Assembly: GCA_964016885.1 (NCBI GenBank)
Contig: OZ024740.1
Coordinates: 68,572,001 to 68,636,000, forward strand
Source of the DNA: Eledone cirrhosa
Lineage: Eukaryota
Direction of reading: 5' to 3'
DNA: 64,000 nucleotides
The position numbers were made by a program, and so were the translations under genes. The notes below the pieces were generated by a model, which was not told the DNA's origin, did not search any database, and saw nothing but the letters and a program-made list of their open reading frames with translations. Of this stretch, positions 30,011-43,600 are shown in pieces (positions within the stretch are counted from its first letter, which is position 1; each line of letters begins with the position of its first letter).

Positions 30011-30257
30011 CGTCTGATGCTGAAGGATCTAATCTTTGTTGAATCTATGATCACTAAACACAAAATAGTTGGACATTCAATTAATAGCGAAGCCACTGTT
30101 TATTCTGGTTGTAATATGACACGATATCATAAACCAGAATAATAGCTAACTTGTGTTATATTTAATTTATGAGAATCACCTGATTATCACTAAACATGTT
30201 GCATATTCATATTCTTATTTTAGTTGGTATTATTGTCATCATTGGCATTATTCATAT

Positions 30258-31240
30258 GTATCGGTGTAGGGTCGGACGCCATGCTTTGCATCACGGCTCT
30301 TTATAATCAGAGTTCAACCCCACAGAGGTTGACTTTGCCTTTCATCCTTATCGGGTCGATAACATAAAGCAGCTGTAATATACGGGGTAATTGCTGGCCT
30401 TATGCCAAAATTAGAAATAATTATTAGCTTGGCGGTGAAGGGCGCTGGGTTGGCAGTACCACTAGAATGATGTATAAAAAGCTTTGAGATGTATAGTTAT
30501 AACACTTTATATTCCGAGCTCAATCCTGCTGGGATCAACGTTCCCTTTCCTCCTTCCGGGAGTCGATAAAATAATGACAATGGTCGATTGACTCGACTTT
30601 TACCTCCCATCAATTTGTTCACCTTGTGTTTAAAGTAAAAATCATTATTTAGGTGGAGAATAGGCAGAGATATTGGAGCGTAGGTGTTTGTTCTGGCTTT
30701 TGTGCCCTAAGTTCAAATACCACCGAGCTCAACTTTGGCTTTCCTTCCTTCGTCGTAGATAGAAAAAGTATTAATCTATGGGCATTGAATTCGCGGAATT
30801 ATTAAAGAACCGGACGTGATACTTTGTGCATTTAGTTGCCGCTTTGTGTGTCAGGCAAAGCTGTGGCGGTTCTCCCAGCAATGGAAGAAACCAATAGAAA
30901 CATATTTTCCTTGATCCAATTTCACTCTTTTCATTTCCTTTATTAGTATGCCAAATGTAGAAACAATTATTCTGAGCATTATTACGGTGAATTGGCAGTA
31001 TCGGTAGAGGGTTGGTGGACATGCTTTCTGGCATAGTTACGTCCCTTTACAGTCTGAGTTCAAATCCCGCCGAGGTTAACTTTGCCTTTCATCCTTACGG
31101 GGTTGATAAATTACCCAGTGCATCACTGGCCTTGTGCCAAATGTAGAAACAATTATTATTAACATTGGATTGACAGAGTCAATGCTTTAAGGTATTTAGT
31201 TACGACGATGTTCGTTCTGAGTTGAAATCCTGCCAGGATT
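30258..31240 (+). mobile_element. Cluster of 5 or more same-orientation SINE copies of differing age
   Basis: B-box-like motifs at ~30310, ~30516, ~30710, ~31056 and ~31219; the best copy is 30985-31157. Confidence 0.8.
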
Positions 31241-32827
31241 ATCCATCAATGTGTCGTATTAAATGTTCTTGTGAATTAAGGTAAGTGTACTTGTTTCTGT
31301 GGAACACTCAACCACACACATGTGAATTTAGCAAGGAAGCCCTTCCGTTGGTCTTGAAGTAACATGTAGGCTGTGGAATATTCTACTGATACATGTATCC
31401 ACAAATTAAATTTCGACCCGAAACCACTTGAAGTAAAACGTGGTAAGTTAGGATTTTTAAACTACAGGTAAAATCAATTCTACGAGATTGGAAGTTCTCT
31501 CTATGTACTTTCACTTGTAAGGTCTTAGTCGACGCAAAGAAATCTGTCCAAATGCCATAAACATGGATCCAACCAGAAATTTCATAAATGCAATGCGAAT
31601 TTCTTTTTCACTCAACCATCCCCACTTTCGAGAAAAACTGGGCTTCATGTTAAGTACAGATGAAACATAATGCTGCGTTTATACCATTAATATGTTCATC
31701 CACAGCACAATTAAAATGACAGACCTCCTATGTTACATAATTTATCACAAACGGCATATATTTTATTCTTATACTTATTCCAATCGAATACCCGCAAGAG
31801 TTATAACTATCTACGAACAGTTACGATTAAAATATAACATGTATGCTTTTATCCAATTGCATTGGTTTTATAATTTAAGAGAGTGATCGACAATCGGAAA
31901 TCAAAAGTGAATTATGATTTACATTCGAAGGAGGAATAATATTAAACTATGCAAATTCCATCTTACGAAACGAAAATTAATATTCACTCATGTTTGAATA
32001 TTGAACTGATTTCGAAATATGTTGCGCTTGTGTCGGCATTCATCCAGAATTGATTTAACCGGTTTCACCATGTATTTCCACGACATCGCAAGAAAATACA
32101 GTAATCATGTACTTTCAAATTGATCGAAAGCGCATCACGATTCGGACTGTGGATATCATATATGCAAGGACCAGATATTATATTAAGATCCGACTGGATA
32201 GTATCAATCCCCGTTTTACGCTATATATCTAAAAGTTTACGCCATAACGAAACCCGCTCTGATGTGACTGCAAAGCGGATGAGCTCACCTCGAATGTAAT
32301 TTTCAAATAATTACCCTATAGGAAAATATTGTATTTGAACGTCGAACATTTAAGTATTGATTTATATCAAGCAAAGCATTGTGTAAGGCCTGTGGAACCA
32401 GAAAGAGTTTGCTCAGCTAATTTTCTGCCTTGTAAGGCTACAGCTTTTAACTTTATCGATTGACCAATAATTTGTCATTTCATCTTGTAAGTAAAAATAT
32501 TCCCGATAATTAATAGACAAACATTGAGAGAAACAGGAAAGAAAGGGAGAGAGTGTTTGGGAATAATGATGTTATTGTAAGTGAGTAGAGAAATAATTGT
32601 TATATAAAAGTGAAAGAAGTCGAAATGAGAGGCGGAAAAGGTGATAAAGAGTGAGAAAATTAAACAAAGTACTATCAGGAATTGAAGTAAAGTAAAAAGT
32701 GCCATAAACTATTGGTGAATTATTAAAGTAATCTTTAAATCCGTGCACATTTATTAACAACTATTAGAGGCTACAGCATCGAATAAATGGAAATGTGATG
32801 GATTGCTTGCGATTTGGAAATGATTTG

Positions 32828-32860
32828 AATAATAATAATGATAATAATAATAGTAGGAAT

Positions 32861-32907
<47 letters not shown>

Positions 32908-32938
32908 CAGAAATAATAATGGCAATGACAATGATAAC

Positions 32939-32973
<35 letters not shown>

Positions 32974-32998
32974 TGATAATAATAATGATAATAGTAAT
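32828..32998. repeat. (AAT)n microsatellite
   Basis: Direct inspection. Confidence 0.95.
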
Positions 32999-33939
32999 GC
33001 AATTTAACTTCGTTGAAAATACATTAGGATAAACTGAAAAAGCATTTTATCTAAATTTGATCTTACAAGAGACAAAAACATTTGACATTAAGTGCATTTG
33101 AAGAAAAATAGATTAGATATAAGTATTTGTTGATGCTTTTACTATTACACATACTCTTAACAGTGTTGATTCGAAGATGTTTTATATTTTGCACTTTAAA
33201 TATGCATTACATCTTAAATAAACAACTACTCTGTTATATGAATTGAAGAAACGCAAAAGACTTAGCGTATCATTTATGTTTTATTTATATTATTTTGGCT
33301 ATAGAATTTTCTCATTTCTTTTTCAAAGTTTCACGTTTGAAGAGAAAGCATTATAGTAGATTAAAAACCATTTCAGTAGTTTTTAATTAATTTCTCTCTG
33401 GCTAGAGAGTATATTGGGAATCAATACAAAACATAAATATATATATATATATTCTGATTTTGAATACGATGGACAGATGCTTTGTTGTAGAAAAAAGAAA
33501 AAAAGCTTGTGCAACAATATCACAACCTTTAAAAAAATGACATTTTCTACATGACATTTGAATATATGGCATAACTATTGGTTACTAATTTATGCATAAT
33601 GCCAGTATTTTTCACGTGGTGGAGGAATGAGAGGATAAATCTAAAACACTACTTGAGTGTTAGTATATATCGTCGTCTACCGAAAGACAGAAAACAAATT
33701 TGACCTCGACCAGATATAAGACTCAGATTGTAAAGAGCAGAAACTACATGCCTAAAAGCATTTTCCACGCAAACAATTATGCCAATCCACTGTTCTCTGT
33801 GTCCTATGAAATAAATATTTAAATAAGGTTGGTTGAGGTAGAGGAAAAAGAAAATAAATGGAATTCCAAGATTAGAATAGGTTTAGTTTAATTATCCTAA
33901 GTTATATATATATTGCGTCTCGAAGATAGCAATATAAAG

Positions 33940-34765
33940 TTTTCCCTTTCAAATTAATCCCCTTCGAGTCTAACGCACTTTTCTATCCATCTCTGCCACA
34001 GCTCATTGTACTCCTGGAAGTATTCTCCCAGGATTAACCGCAGATCCGTCGTCACAACCGACTTCATAGGTAACACGCCCGTAACTCGAGTCCGATTGAG
34101 AATCCTCTTGAGCTTGGGGTAAAGGAAAACAACCCACACGAAGCAATGTCGGGTGAGTTGTGTGGCTGCACAATAGGAGATGTCCTTCGCAGCAAGGACT
34201 TGCCGGATGCTCAGCGTTTTTGTGAGCTGCTGCGTTGTCGTGGATCTTTCGCATGCCCAACTCTTCGGCGAAAATCTTCCAAATGCTGTTGTGGTTCATG
34301 TCCAGCTAACTTGAAATCAGTCCAACAGTCAGTCGATGATTGTCTCGGATCACCTGCTTCACACGCTCATAGTTCGCCTCAATCCTGCTCGTTAAAGGCC
34401 ATTCGCACATTAGGTTGTCTTCCGCATCCTTGCTCCCCCATTTTGTGTCACTCAAACGCCCGAAAGCGTGACGTCGTATCCTCACCTTACACTTGTTGCA
34501 GTATTCCGAGTGTTTGTAACGGAGTTTTCTCTAGCTAGACCAGCAACTTCATGTTGGTTCGTTGCTCTGTGCCTATTGATCGACGGCCTAAAATTGAAGA
34601 GCTGTTAAGAAAAGCCCGTGAAGTATTATACATTGACTGCAGACAGCTGCGATCACAGTGATCGCGGATATTACGGCACATGGTAACGCTACCCACTAAT
34701 CGCTATCCCACTCATAACTCACTCAGCACACTAAATCCTGTTATCTTTCTGATCCATCTCGTATA
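33940..34765 (-). mobile_element. Internally deleted mariner element
   Basis: Minus strand gives MSIGTEQRTNMKLLV..TLGILQQV, IWKIFAEELGMRKI joined directly to HDNAAAH, FLYPKLK and WQRWIEKCVRLEGD; the terminus reads TA-TACGAG at 34765. Confidence 0.88.
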
Positions 34766-35147
34766 TAAGCATACATAAATACATAGTGGCTCCCAACTCG
34801 TTTTCGAGTACGGCCACTACTTCATATCCATGTAGGAGACCACTACTGATGCGCTGAACGAGTGTGACTTTTTAGTCCAGCCAGCGACTTGAAAACTCTG
34901 GTACAAACACTGCTCTTGTGACAATTATTGACACATAGTGCTGGGCCCATGGTACCAAGTGACGACCAGTGCAGAGAGATCTCCAGATATAAAGCAATGC
35001 CTGTACCGTGAAGCTTCTATAGTGAGCAAAGGCACTGCACAAAGCCAGTCCCACTCGCTTAACCAAGATAAATACATAAATACATAAAGACATATATACA
35101 CACACACAAACACACACTTACATAGAGAGACTCAGACACACACACAT

Positions 35148-35236
<89 letters not shown>

Positions 35237-35237
35237 T

Positions 35238-35451
35238 ATAAAAGTTTACATATATATATACATACACATACATATACGTGTTTTGCAACCGGTCACTTTG
35301 TGGCTCAATGAAAAATTAATAAATTAAACAATCAGAGCTATATAGCATAAAACATGTCTATAGAATTTATTAATTTTTCATTGAGCCACAAAGTGACCGG
35401 TTGCAAAACACGTATATGTATGTGTATGTATATATATATGTAAACTTTTAT
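35238..35451. repeat. Near-perfect 88-bp inverted repeat with 38-bp spacer
   Basis: 35238-35325 is the reverse complement of 35364-35451. Confidence 0.92.
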
Positions 35452-35452
35452 G

Positions 35453-37320
35453 AAATATGAAATATAAGTATCAAAGAACTGTTCAAAACATTTTTATGCT
35501 TACAACTGTTTCCTCTAAACCGAGGTTTGGATTCTTCGGAGCAATTTATTAATGAATGAACTCTTATATGACCTCCTTTTCACCCAAGAGACATACAGAT
35601 ACATATGCAAATATTGTGGGTCAACATTCATTACAGCATTTAGAGTGGCAGTACACACTTAGAGATTACATTCATATTAAAAGATACAATCAAAAATACA
35701 GGTTAAAATACAACATGAAAATAAGCGGTTATATAGTGCAAATGTTATATGTGTGGCAAGCAAGTGCGTCTTGTTTATATAGTGTGGCAGAGAGTTACGT
35801 GTAGTAGAAGCACTTAGGTAGGTAAACAAGAGTGTTAGGTTGGTTGATCTGGTGGCAAATTCTTTATATGATTGTTATAGTCTGTGTGTGGAGAAATGAT
35901 ATAAGCATTAAAAATGCTGAGTGCAGAGAATGAATGTATTGCAACTGGCGTGCGGGTTGTACATATATGGATGATTTGATGGTCTGAGTGGGGTCATGAG
36001 GACTGCGGATTGACCTCTGGTCGGCCCTGGTGATGATTATCTTTCGACATCCAATGTAGCAAGCGATGACCCAGAGCTTACCAGAGATCATTGTGTGCTG
36101 AAGTGATTCTGCAATCACCGCGCCTGGTCCTATGAGTAGACTACAACCACAGAGATCATTAATTTAGAATCCTCGCTCGTCGTCTATAATATTCATTTGT
36201 GGCACCCTACAATGGGGGACAATTCACCATGATAATACGAACACCTTCAGCACAACTTAATAGACTACTCTATAGTTAAAAGACTTTATGCTTTAGAAAT
36301 TGTTTTAGAAGTTGCGCATAACCATAGAAATTAGGGTCTATTTTGAGACACATTTCAATAGTTAGTAATAGAAACCTCGGAGTTACCTCCTCTCATGCAT
36401 TAACTCCCCTTAGCCACACACACACTTCCGGGTAGTATTTCAATGTCGATTCTCGAAACGTAACTTCCTCCTGTATTGAACTAAAGAACATCAGACTACA
36501 ATTCTCTAACTGGATTGTCAAACGCTCAATATCGAATTGTCGTGGATTATGTGAGGGGCATATAATCTGAAAAATACACTCCCCTGACTATGAAAATGTC
36601 GAAGTACATGAAGTCCATAACATCCCTTCGCTGTGCATTTCCAATATTTTTAATATTTTTAATATTCTTAATACTTGCACTATTTTTAATGCTTATATCA
36701 TTTCTCCACACACAGACTATAACAATCATATAAAGAATTTGCCACCAGATCAACCAACCTAACACTCTTGTTTACCTACCTAAGTTCTTCTACTACACGT
36801 AACTCTCTGCCACACTATATAAACAAGACGTACGTGCTTGCCACACATATAACATTTGCACTATATAACCGCTTATTTTCATGTATTTTAACCTGTATTT
36901 TTGATTGTATCTTTTAATATGAATGTAATCGCTAAGTGTGTACTGCCACTCTAAATGCTGTAATGAATGTTGACCCACAATATTTGCATATGTATCTGTA
37001 TGTCTCTTGGGTGAAAATGAGGTCATATAAGTGTTCATTCATTAATAAATTGCTCCGAAGAATCCAAACCTCGGTTTTGAGGAAACAGTTGTAAGCATAA
37101 ACATGTTTTGAACAGTTCTTTGATTCTTATATTTCATATAACTGCTCTGTAAATCATCTGATGTGTTTACATTGAGCTACTTAACTTACTGGTAATAAGG
37201 TAGTAATATATTACTGCATACCACTATTTAGGGTTTGTATAAAAAAATATATATAACTGCAAAAGGATTTTGTATTTACATAACCATAAATAGTATAATT
37301 AATACTATGTAAACTTTTAT
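35453..37320. mobile_element. PLE-derived element (family H4) with ~460-bp inverted arms
   Basis: 35453-35913 and 36682-37140 are near-identical inverted copies (see the twin spurious ORFs 35556+ and 36793-); each arm has an HHR-like motif; the spacer has a faint PLE-like YVRG motif near 36548. Confidence 0.8.
37051..37097 (+). ncRNA. Variant-core hammerhead motif (CCGAAGA), family H4; twin at 35497-35543 (-)
   Basis: tgct-CCGAAGA-atccaaacc-tc-ggttttgag-GAAA-cagttg-TA-agca. Confidence 0.6.
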
Positions 37321-37513
37321 ATTTAATAATCACCCACTAGGCTGAAATACAAATTTGGCTGTATTGTGCTGTGCTTTCTAGCAAACATGCCACCAGTCGT
37401 AAGCAACTACCACACCTTCCAACCTGACCGCGACTACGTCACGATGTTTGGCCATTTTGAAATGAATTCTTGGCGCGATCGTTTTGGAAAATTTAATGTC
37501 TAGATATGAGCAA

Positions 37514-37601
37514 GCTTCCTGAAGAATCCGGCGCTCGAGTTTATATAATTATTACATAATTATTGGAAAACTCAAAACACGGACGAAACCATGGTAGAGG
37601 T
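37514..37601 (+). ncRNA. Type I hammerhead ribozyme with long stem II (family H6, element ~37320-37880)
   Basis: gcttc-CTGAAGA-atccg..gagttt..aaactc..cggac-GAAA-ccatgg-TA-gaggt; palindromic CCATGG and GUA triplet. Confidence 0.8.
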
Positions 37602-37869
37602 ATTTAAATGTATTCTATTTTCTCCTAGTTTATTTTAAACCTAATTCTGCTTAGTTGACTGTATCTAGGCGATTACGCTGTCGAAATATTCGATAAATAC
37701 TCCGCTACGGCCGACGAGAAGCGCTAGTTTTGGTTATTTGTCGGAGATTCCTTCATAGAAGCCTCATTCGTATAGCCTGGTCTATTCGATTTTTTATATA
37801 GTTAATTATGCTAATTGGGAGAGGAAATAGTATATATTTTTTATTTTGTGATTCTATAGACATGTTTTA

Positions 37870-37905
<36 letters not shown>

Positions 37906-40614
37906 TGCTTTAGCAGAATAAACAAGTCTACGAGCATGTTTTTATCTGTCTATACGCTCGCTCTATTTATAGAAGCTACAATATATCCATCGTATCAAAC
38001 TATCAAATAATAATGCATTGAAAAGTATAATCACTGATATACATAAACAAAGGAATCTCTCCGGTTATAGGTATGCTCGATTAGGTTTTACATAGAACTA
38101 AAAAGCAACAACAATGACATTTACAGTATAACATTAGTCGTCTAAGTAAAAATATATTATACGGATATTACAACCATGTCAAAGTCTTGGATGTCTAATG
38201 ATTTTTTTTAGAACGCCACCCCACATTCCTGATAAATATTTATTCAATTTTAATTTTTCACTATGCACTGAAGCAATATTATTTAGGGGATGTAGTAATG
38301 GTAGTGACGTCACCAAATCCATCAATTTTCTTCAGACAACTACAGTAGCCTCCAAACAGAGAAATAATTTATTGATTGATATTTCATATTGATTCATAAA
38401 TATTTGCAACTAAGTGAATTATCTTACGGTGCATTTCGCTTAAATTGTGACTGGATTGGTTTCTAAATACACCAACATATATTTTAATAGAAACAATAAT
38501 AATACATTTTAAAAAGGAAGTCAATAACTAAGACATTATGTGATTCCTCAAGCTGCTTAAGATAACAGCGAAATATCTCTCATATTACTTTATAAGTCCT
38601 CTGATTAAGAACACTTTGGATAATAGTGCACTGCCCCTAATAACCATAATACTAATATGAATAATAAATCACTCTGAAGTCCAAATAGATTTGTATAGGA
38701 ATCGTTTATATTTTGATCTTATTCAGGAAATGGTCCGCTTTACTAGGAAACTACATCTGGTAATTGCAATATATGTTCTGCATGATATTCTTCATTAAAA
38801 TAGAAAAGGAAGAACGAAATAAGAACCAAATTAGTGAAGTTATGACTAGGTTACTTTGCCCAATATGAGATAGGTGCCTTGGTCATAAGTTGGATATCTT
38901 ATTGACTGGTTCTGTTTTATAATAATATAATGTATAATCATGCTTCGTGTTACTCAATGATCATTTTCTGCTGAGATATTCGTGACGCGCCAACATGAGA
39001 TATTTGCTAAATCCTCCACAAATCACATCTTAAAACTTATTGAGAAAATGATGTAATTACACTACGGAAATGACAAAATATGAAAAATCAATCGATGTAT
39101 TAAACTAGATCAGAATTTAAGTCAAGTGATAAAAACATCTGATTGTTAATGAACACGTATAGCATATAATCAAGTAGGGGTCACATTAGAATGTCCGCAT
39201 TATTTAGTAGTTCATTTCGTGTATTTTTGTGTGGAGTTCAAATCGGGGGTTTGACAAATAAAGTACTATCACAGAAGTCATGGGTACATGAAATTGGTAA
39301 AGAAATGGGCTGTATGGTTTCTGATATATATCTTCCTCTTCTGCCTGGATTGATATCCCATGTAATGTCACTAAAAGAAGCTTGTGTCAAGAATTGCGAC
39401 CGTCAGATAATTTTAACTGTGGAAAGAACAATATAGCAGTTTCCTCAAAACCGATAAATTTCCTTTTATCTATTTATGTATTTATCTATTTGTAAAACGA
39501 ATGTGAAGAGCTATATTATTCCTCCCCATGGAAAAATAGTACCCGAGCAAATGATTGGTTGAGTGTGATTTTAAATCAATTTGAAACACAAATATTCATA
39601 CTTTTCTTACAAATGACTTTGTCTGTCTGAGATTATGGTTTGACACCAAAGCAATTATATTGTGGAAGAGTAATTCTAATCTTGCAACCCTACACATGCA
39701 CAGACACGCACACACAAACGCAAACACGCACATACATACACACTCACATACATACGCACGCAGACACACACACACATGCACACACAGACAGAAACACACA
39801 CAAACCCACATACGAATTTACATGTACCCATTATTTCTCTGTTTCAGCATTTTCGTCATACTATTTGCGAGAGAAATCAATCCACTACACGCTATGTTTG
39901 TGGCAAGGTTATGAAGGATGCGCTGACAATGTTTGCACCAGGAAGTAAAAAAAAATATGTAGAAAGCGTGAATTTAGTAGTCTTTGCCTGTTGTTCCAAT
40001 GCCTAAAATAAAACTATGATATATAATTTATAACGTTTTGTAGAAAAGAAGAGAAGAATATAGCATTAGAATTGTATTTTATCTGTAACTTCTAAAATCA
40101 ATTTTCAGAATACAATTTTTTTTTTTTACGGAAACAATAATATTTATGTTAGAAAATATTGAAATAAATGACGTCGTAATCTTTTGAGATTTACAAAACA
40201 GTTGACATCACAGATACAACCATAGATTTGCTGCAATTTTCTGAAATCAAAAGGAAAAATTATTTGGATGCAATCAAACAGAAGGAATATAGTAATCTAT
40301 TGTTTCTATTTGCAAAAATAGAAGAAATCGAAAAAATAATAATGATAGTAATAAAATCAATTTCAGTTATTTGTTGTCGAGTTTGAAATTTTAATTTTCT
40401 TTACTTCTGTCAATGCCTGCAACTCGATAAAAAGAATGGTGTTGGAACATTGTCCGAAGAAAGAAGAAAAATAATTTGACATTATAGAGAATAACAATAT
40501 CATAAACATTATCTTTGTCATTATGATCATGGAACTGAATATCATCATCATGATATCTTCATTAGCATAAGCGCCAGTAGCAGCAATGGTAATAGTACTA
40601 CTAGTAGTAGTTAA

Positions 40615-43600
40615 GAATAATATTAATAATAATAATAAAATAATAATACTTTATATATTGGCCACAAGGGTCTACATATAGGGGACAATACAATAGACAG
40701 TGACAGTTGGCATTTACAATTAAATCGAGTAAAAAGCGAAAATTAAAAAAACGATTAAGAAAAAATATAGAATATAGAAATCCCAAATATGGGGGAGAAG
40801 CACCCAGGGCCAACTCAGGTACCCCACCAATCCTGAACTATCTGACGCTTCATGAGCACCCATGAAGTGCACCCCTCTCCTTCTCAATTCAACCAGCCTA
40901 GGCCGATTCACATGGGCGATTCTCGCCACAATTACCCTCATTTTAAGAAATGTACTGGGTTGCAGCCCTTCTTTCAGTCCTTTACCTTCCTTTCTAAGCG
41001 AAACTTGAAAACGTTAATGAAGGATTGGTCAAATAGAAAAGTGTCTGTATTCAGTCATTTCAGTTTCGTCTACCACACAATCTCTTTCCCCACCACGACG
41101 AGACAGGAAATATGCCCGCCCTAAGGAGACGCCGGAGAGATTTTCACTAAGGATTCGGTCGACAGTTGTATCCAATCTACACTCGATGACAGCGGTTTGA
41201 CATAAATCCACAAGTCAGTACAACAGGGATACTGGACAAATGCATGCAGAACGGATTCTTCCATCTGAGCGCATCTCGGAAAGACCTGTCTGATCACACT
41301 TTCGTACCTGTAGAATCTATCTCATCTGCAATGCCAAGCGAGGTATTTCTGGAATATATCCACACTCTCTGACTCGGATTGTCAGTTCGATTTCGACAAC
41401 TCTCACCAATAATCCCCTATAGAACTCCAGATTGGATGCACCACTAATTGCATTGCCACCCTGCTAGAGGGCAGCGAGCGCCTGACAACATTCCAGATGC
41501 GAAGAGGACAGTCTCGGTCGCTTATTGGCCCAGAACTGCAGTTATGTCGACCTGCGGAAATACCTGTCTCAAAAACGGTAATCACACATGTTCATCATTT
41601 AAGAAGAATATCCGGATATGCTTCACAAGATATATGTTCACGCATCATTAACCACGGCGTGCCCAGCCCTCTGTGTAGAGGGGGCTCGCAGCAGATGGAC
41701 CGCCTCACAAACAGAAACTGGCCACTCCACATGCATGTGCCACTCCGGGTGACAAGCTGCAAGCCTGCCGAGTTTTCAGGTATCAAGTTTGCTCTCGTCA
41801 AACTTTAATATGCTTCTGCGCCAACCGCCTCTATTTCTGAGGTGTTCGACAGCATCACTGTGATATCGTCCGCACATTCTGACAGAGCCCTGCCACGTCC
41901 CGATTCGAGCGGGATACACTGCAACATCTCCAGCTTCCGCAGTCATAGCTCAAATGTGAATACGCACGAAAAGATCGCGTGATCTGAAATGGTTCCGAAG
42001 CGTGGTCATTTACTGTGACCACCGACCAGCAGCCACAGTGCATTACAGATACCGAGTCTCCGAAGACGGGACAGAAAATAGTTGTCTCTAGATCCCGATG
42101 TTCGACCCAATAAACAACTTTTGATTGATCTAAATTGTTCATAGCCAAACCGATGTCAGTTTTACCCTCTCTTTGATGAGGTTGCGATTGTCGCGTATGG
42201 ACCCGGTCGGGATTGCACAAGTTTGTGCTTCCTCTAAGAAACCCTCGTCGACAAGCACCAACTTTATATTTAACACATTGGCCAACATCTTAGACTCTGT
42301 GCTTAGAATATTTATAGGCTTGAAATTGTCTATAGAGTCCCAAGTGTTCTCGTCTTCAGAACGGGAATACTCCCGTTCTGCTGCCAGTTGCGGTAGACCG
42401 CTTCAAAAAAAAAATCTGAGAACAAGACTTGAATATTTACGTAGAACTCGTAGGGCAGACAATTTAAACCGGATGACTTGCACCGCATGCAACCAACTAT
42501 GGATCTTGAATCACGATCCATTTTATCGGCATTTCGTTGCACTTATCATCGGCTGGGAAGCGTGACAGGCCACCGAGGTAGGAACTTAAGTCCGCTACCG
42601 TCTCCGACACCACTGTCCGTCGTACACCACTCAAAAAGTGCTGGCGAAAGGCCTCACACATCTACCTGGAATCGTTCAGCACGTGTTCGCCTCAGTCCGT
42701 CAGTTACTGGATTGTGGTTTTGTTACCACTCTGCGTGTCTCCCACATGTGTCCATGGAACAGCTTTCGTTTCCTTATTTCTAAGAGCATACGCCTTAGCT
42801 CTGACAATGCAACCTTCATATTTTGAAGTGAAGAAATTGTTTAATAACATTCCCGCTGTTTGCCTGTCAGTTTCAATCCCAATTCTAATTGCCTCATCTA
42901 AATTAACTAACAGCTCTCAATCTTTTCTAGATTTCTAACGCTAATCTTTGCTAAAACCTATTGAAACTACTTTAATCTCTCTCTTAAGAGTACCTCACTA
43001 CCTGTTGTTGATCACACCCCTGTCATCTAACACTTTATTAAAATAGTGACCCGGTGCCTGTAGGCTTTACTAGCGGGTAATGACGTTTTAAACATCCAGT
43101 AACCAGATCCTAGCCAACGTGTTCTACCTAGAGCGACCATGAGGATCACAAATGTTTTATCTGAAAAGACCGTTTGAAAATGTGGACAAACTATTTTATC
43201 TTTGTCTGCTGATTTTACGAAATCCTATGTATATACGATCTAGATTACTATATGCGTTTGGTCCAGAGCCATATTAGCGCATCGGGGGAATCAAGTAGTT
43301 ACATCTCTGACCGTTTGAACTGTCTTATCAGGTATTTGAATCTTTTGCACCTGTTTCTCCTATCAGCTACATGCACATAATTCCAACATGTGTCTAAGAT
43401 GCCTTTCCAGTCCTTCACTAGCAGTAAATTACGAGAAGTTACCAGAACGTGTTTTAGGCGACTGAAATAATCCGGCCGTCAGACACCGGTAGGAGCATAG
43501 ATGGCCACCAGTCTGAAGGCACCACCATCATTATTGCTCACGTCTAGGACCACCAATTTACCGCCTGGGTACAAGAAGATGGTTCTTAGCTCAAGATCCA

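Noticed and set aside
35556-37038. Two nearly identical ~82-aa ORFs on opposite strands, suggesting a duplicated gene
   Set aside because: They lie in the inverted arms of family H4, antisense to the HHR sense, have non-ATG or incidental starts and show no recognisable domain.
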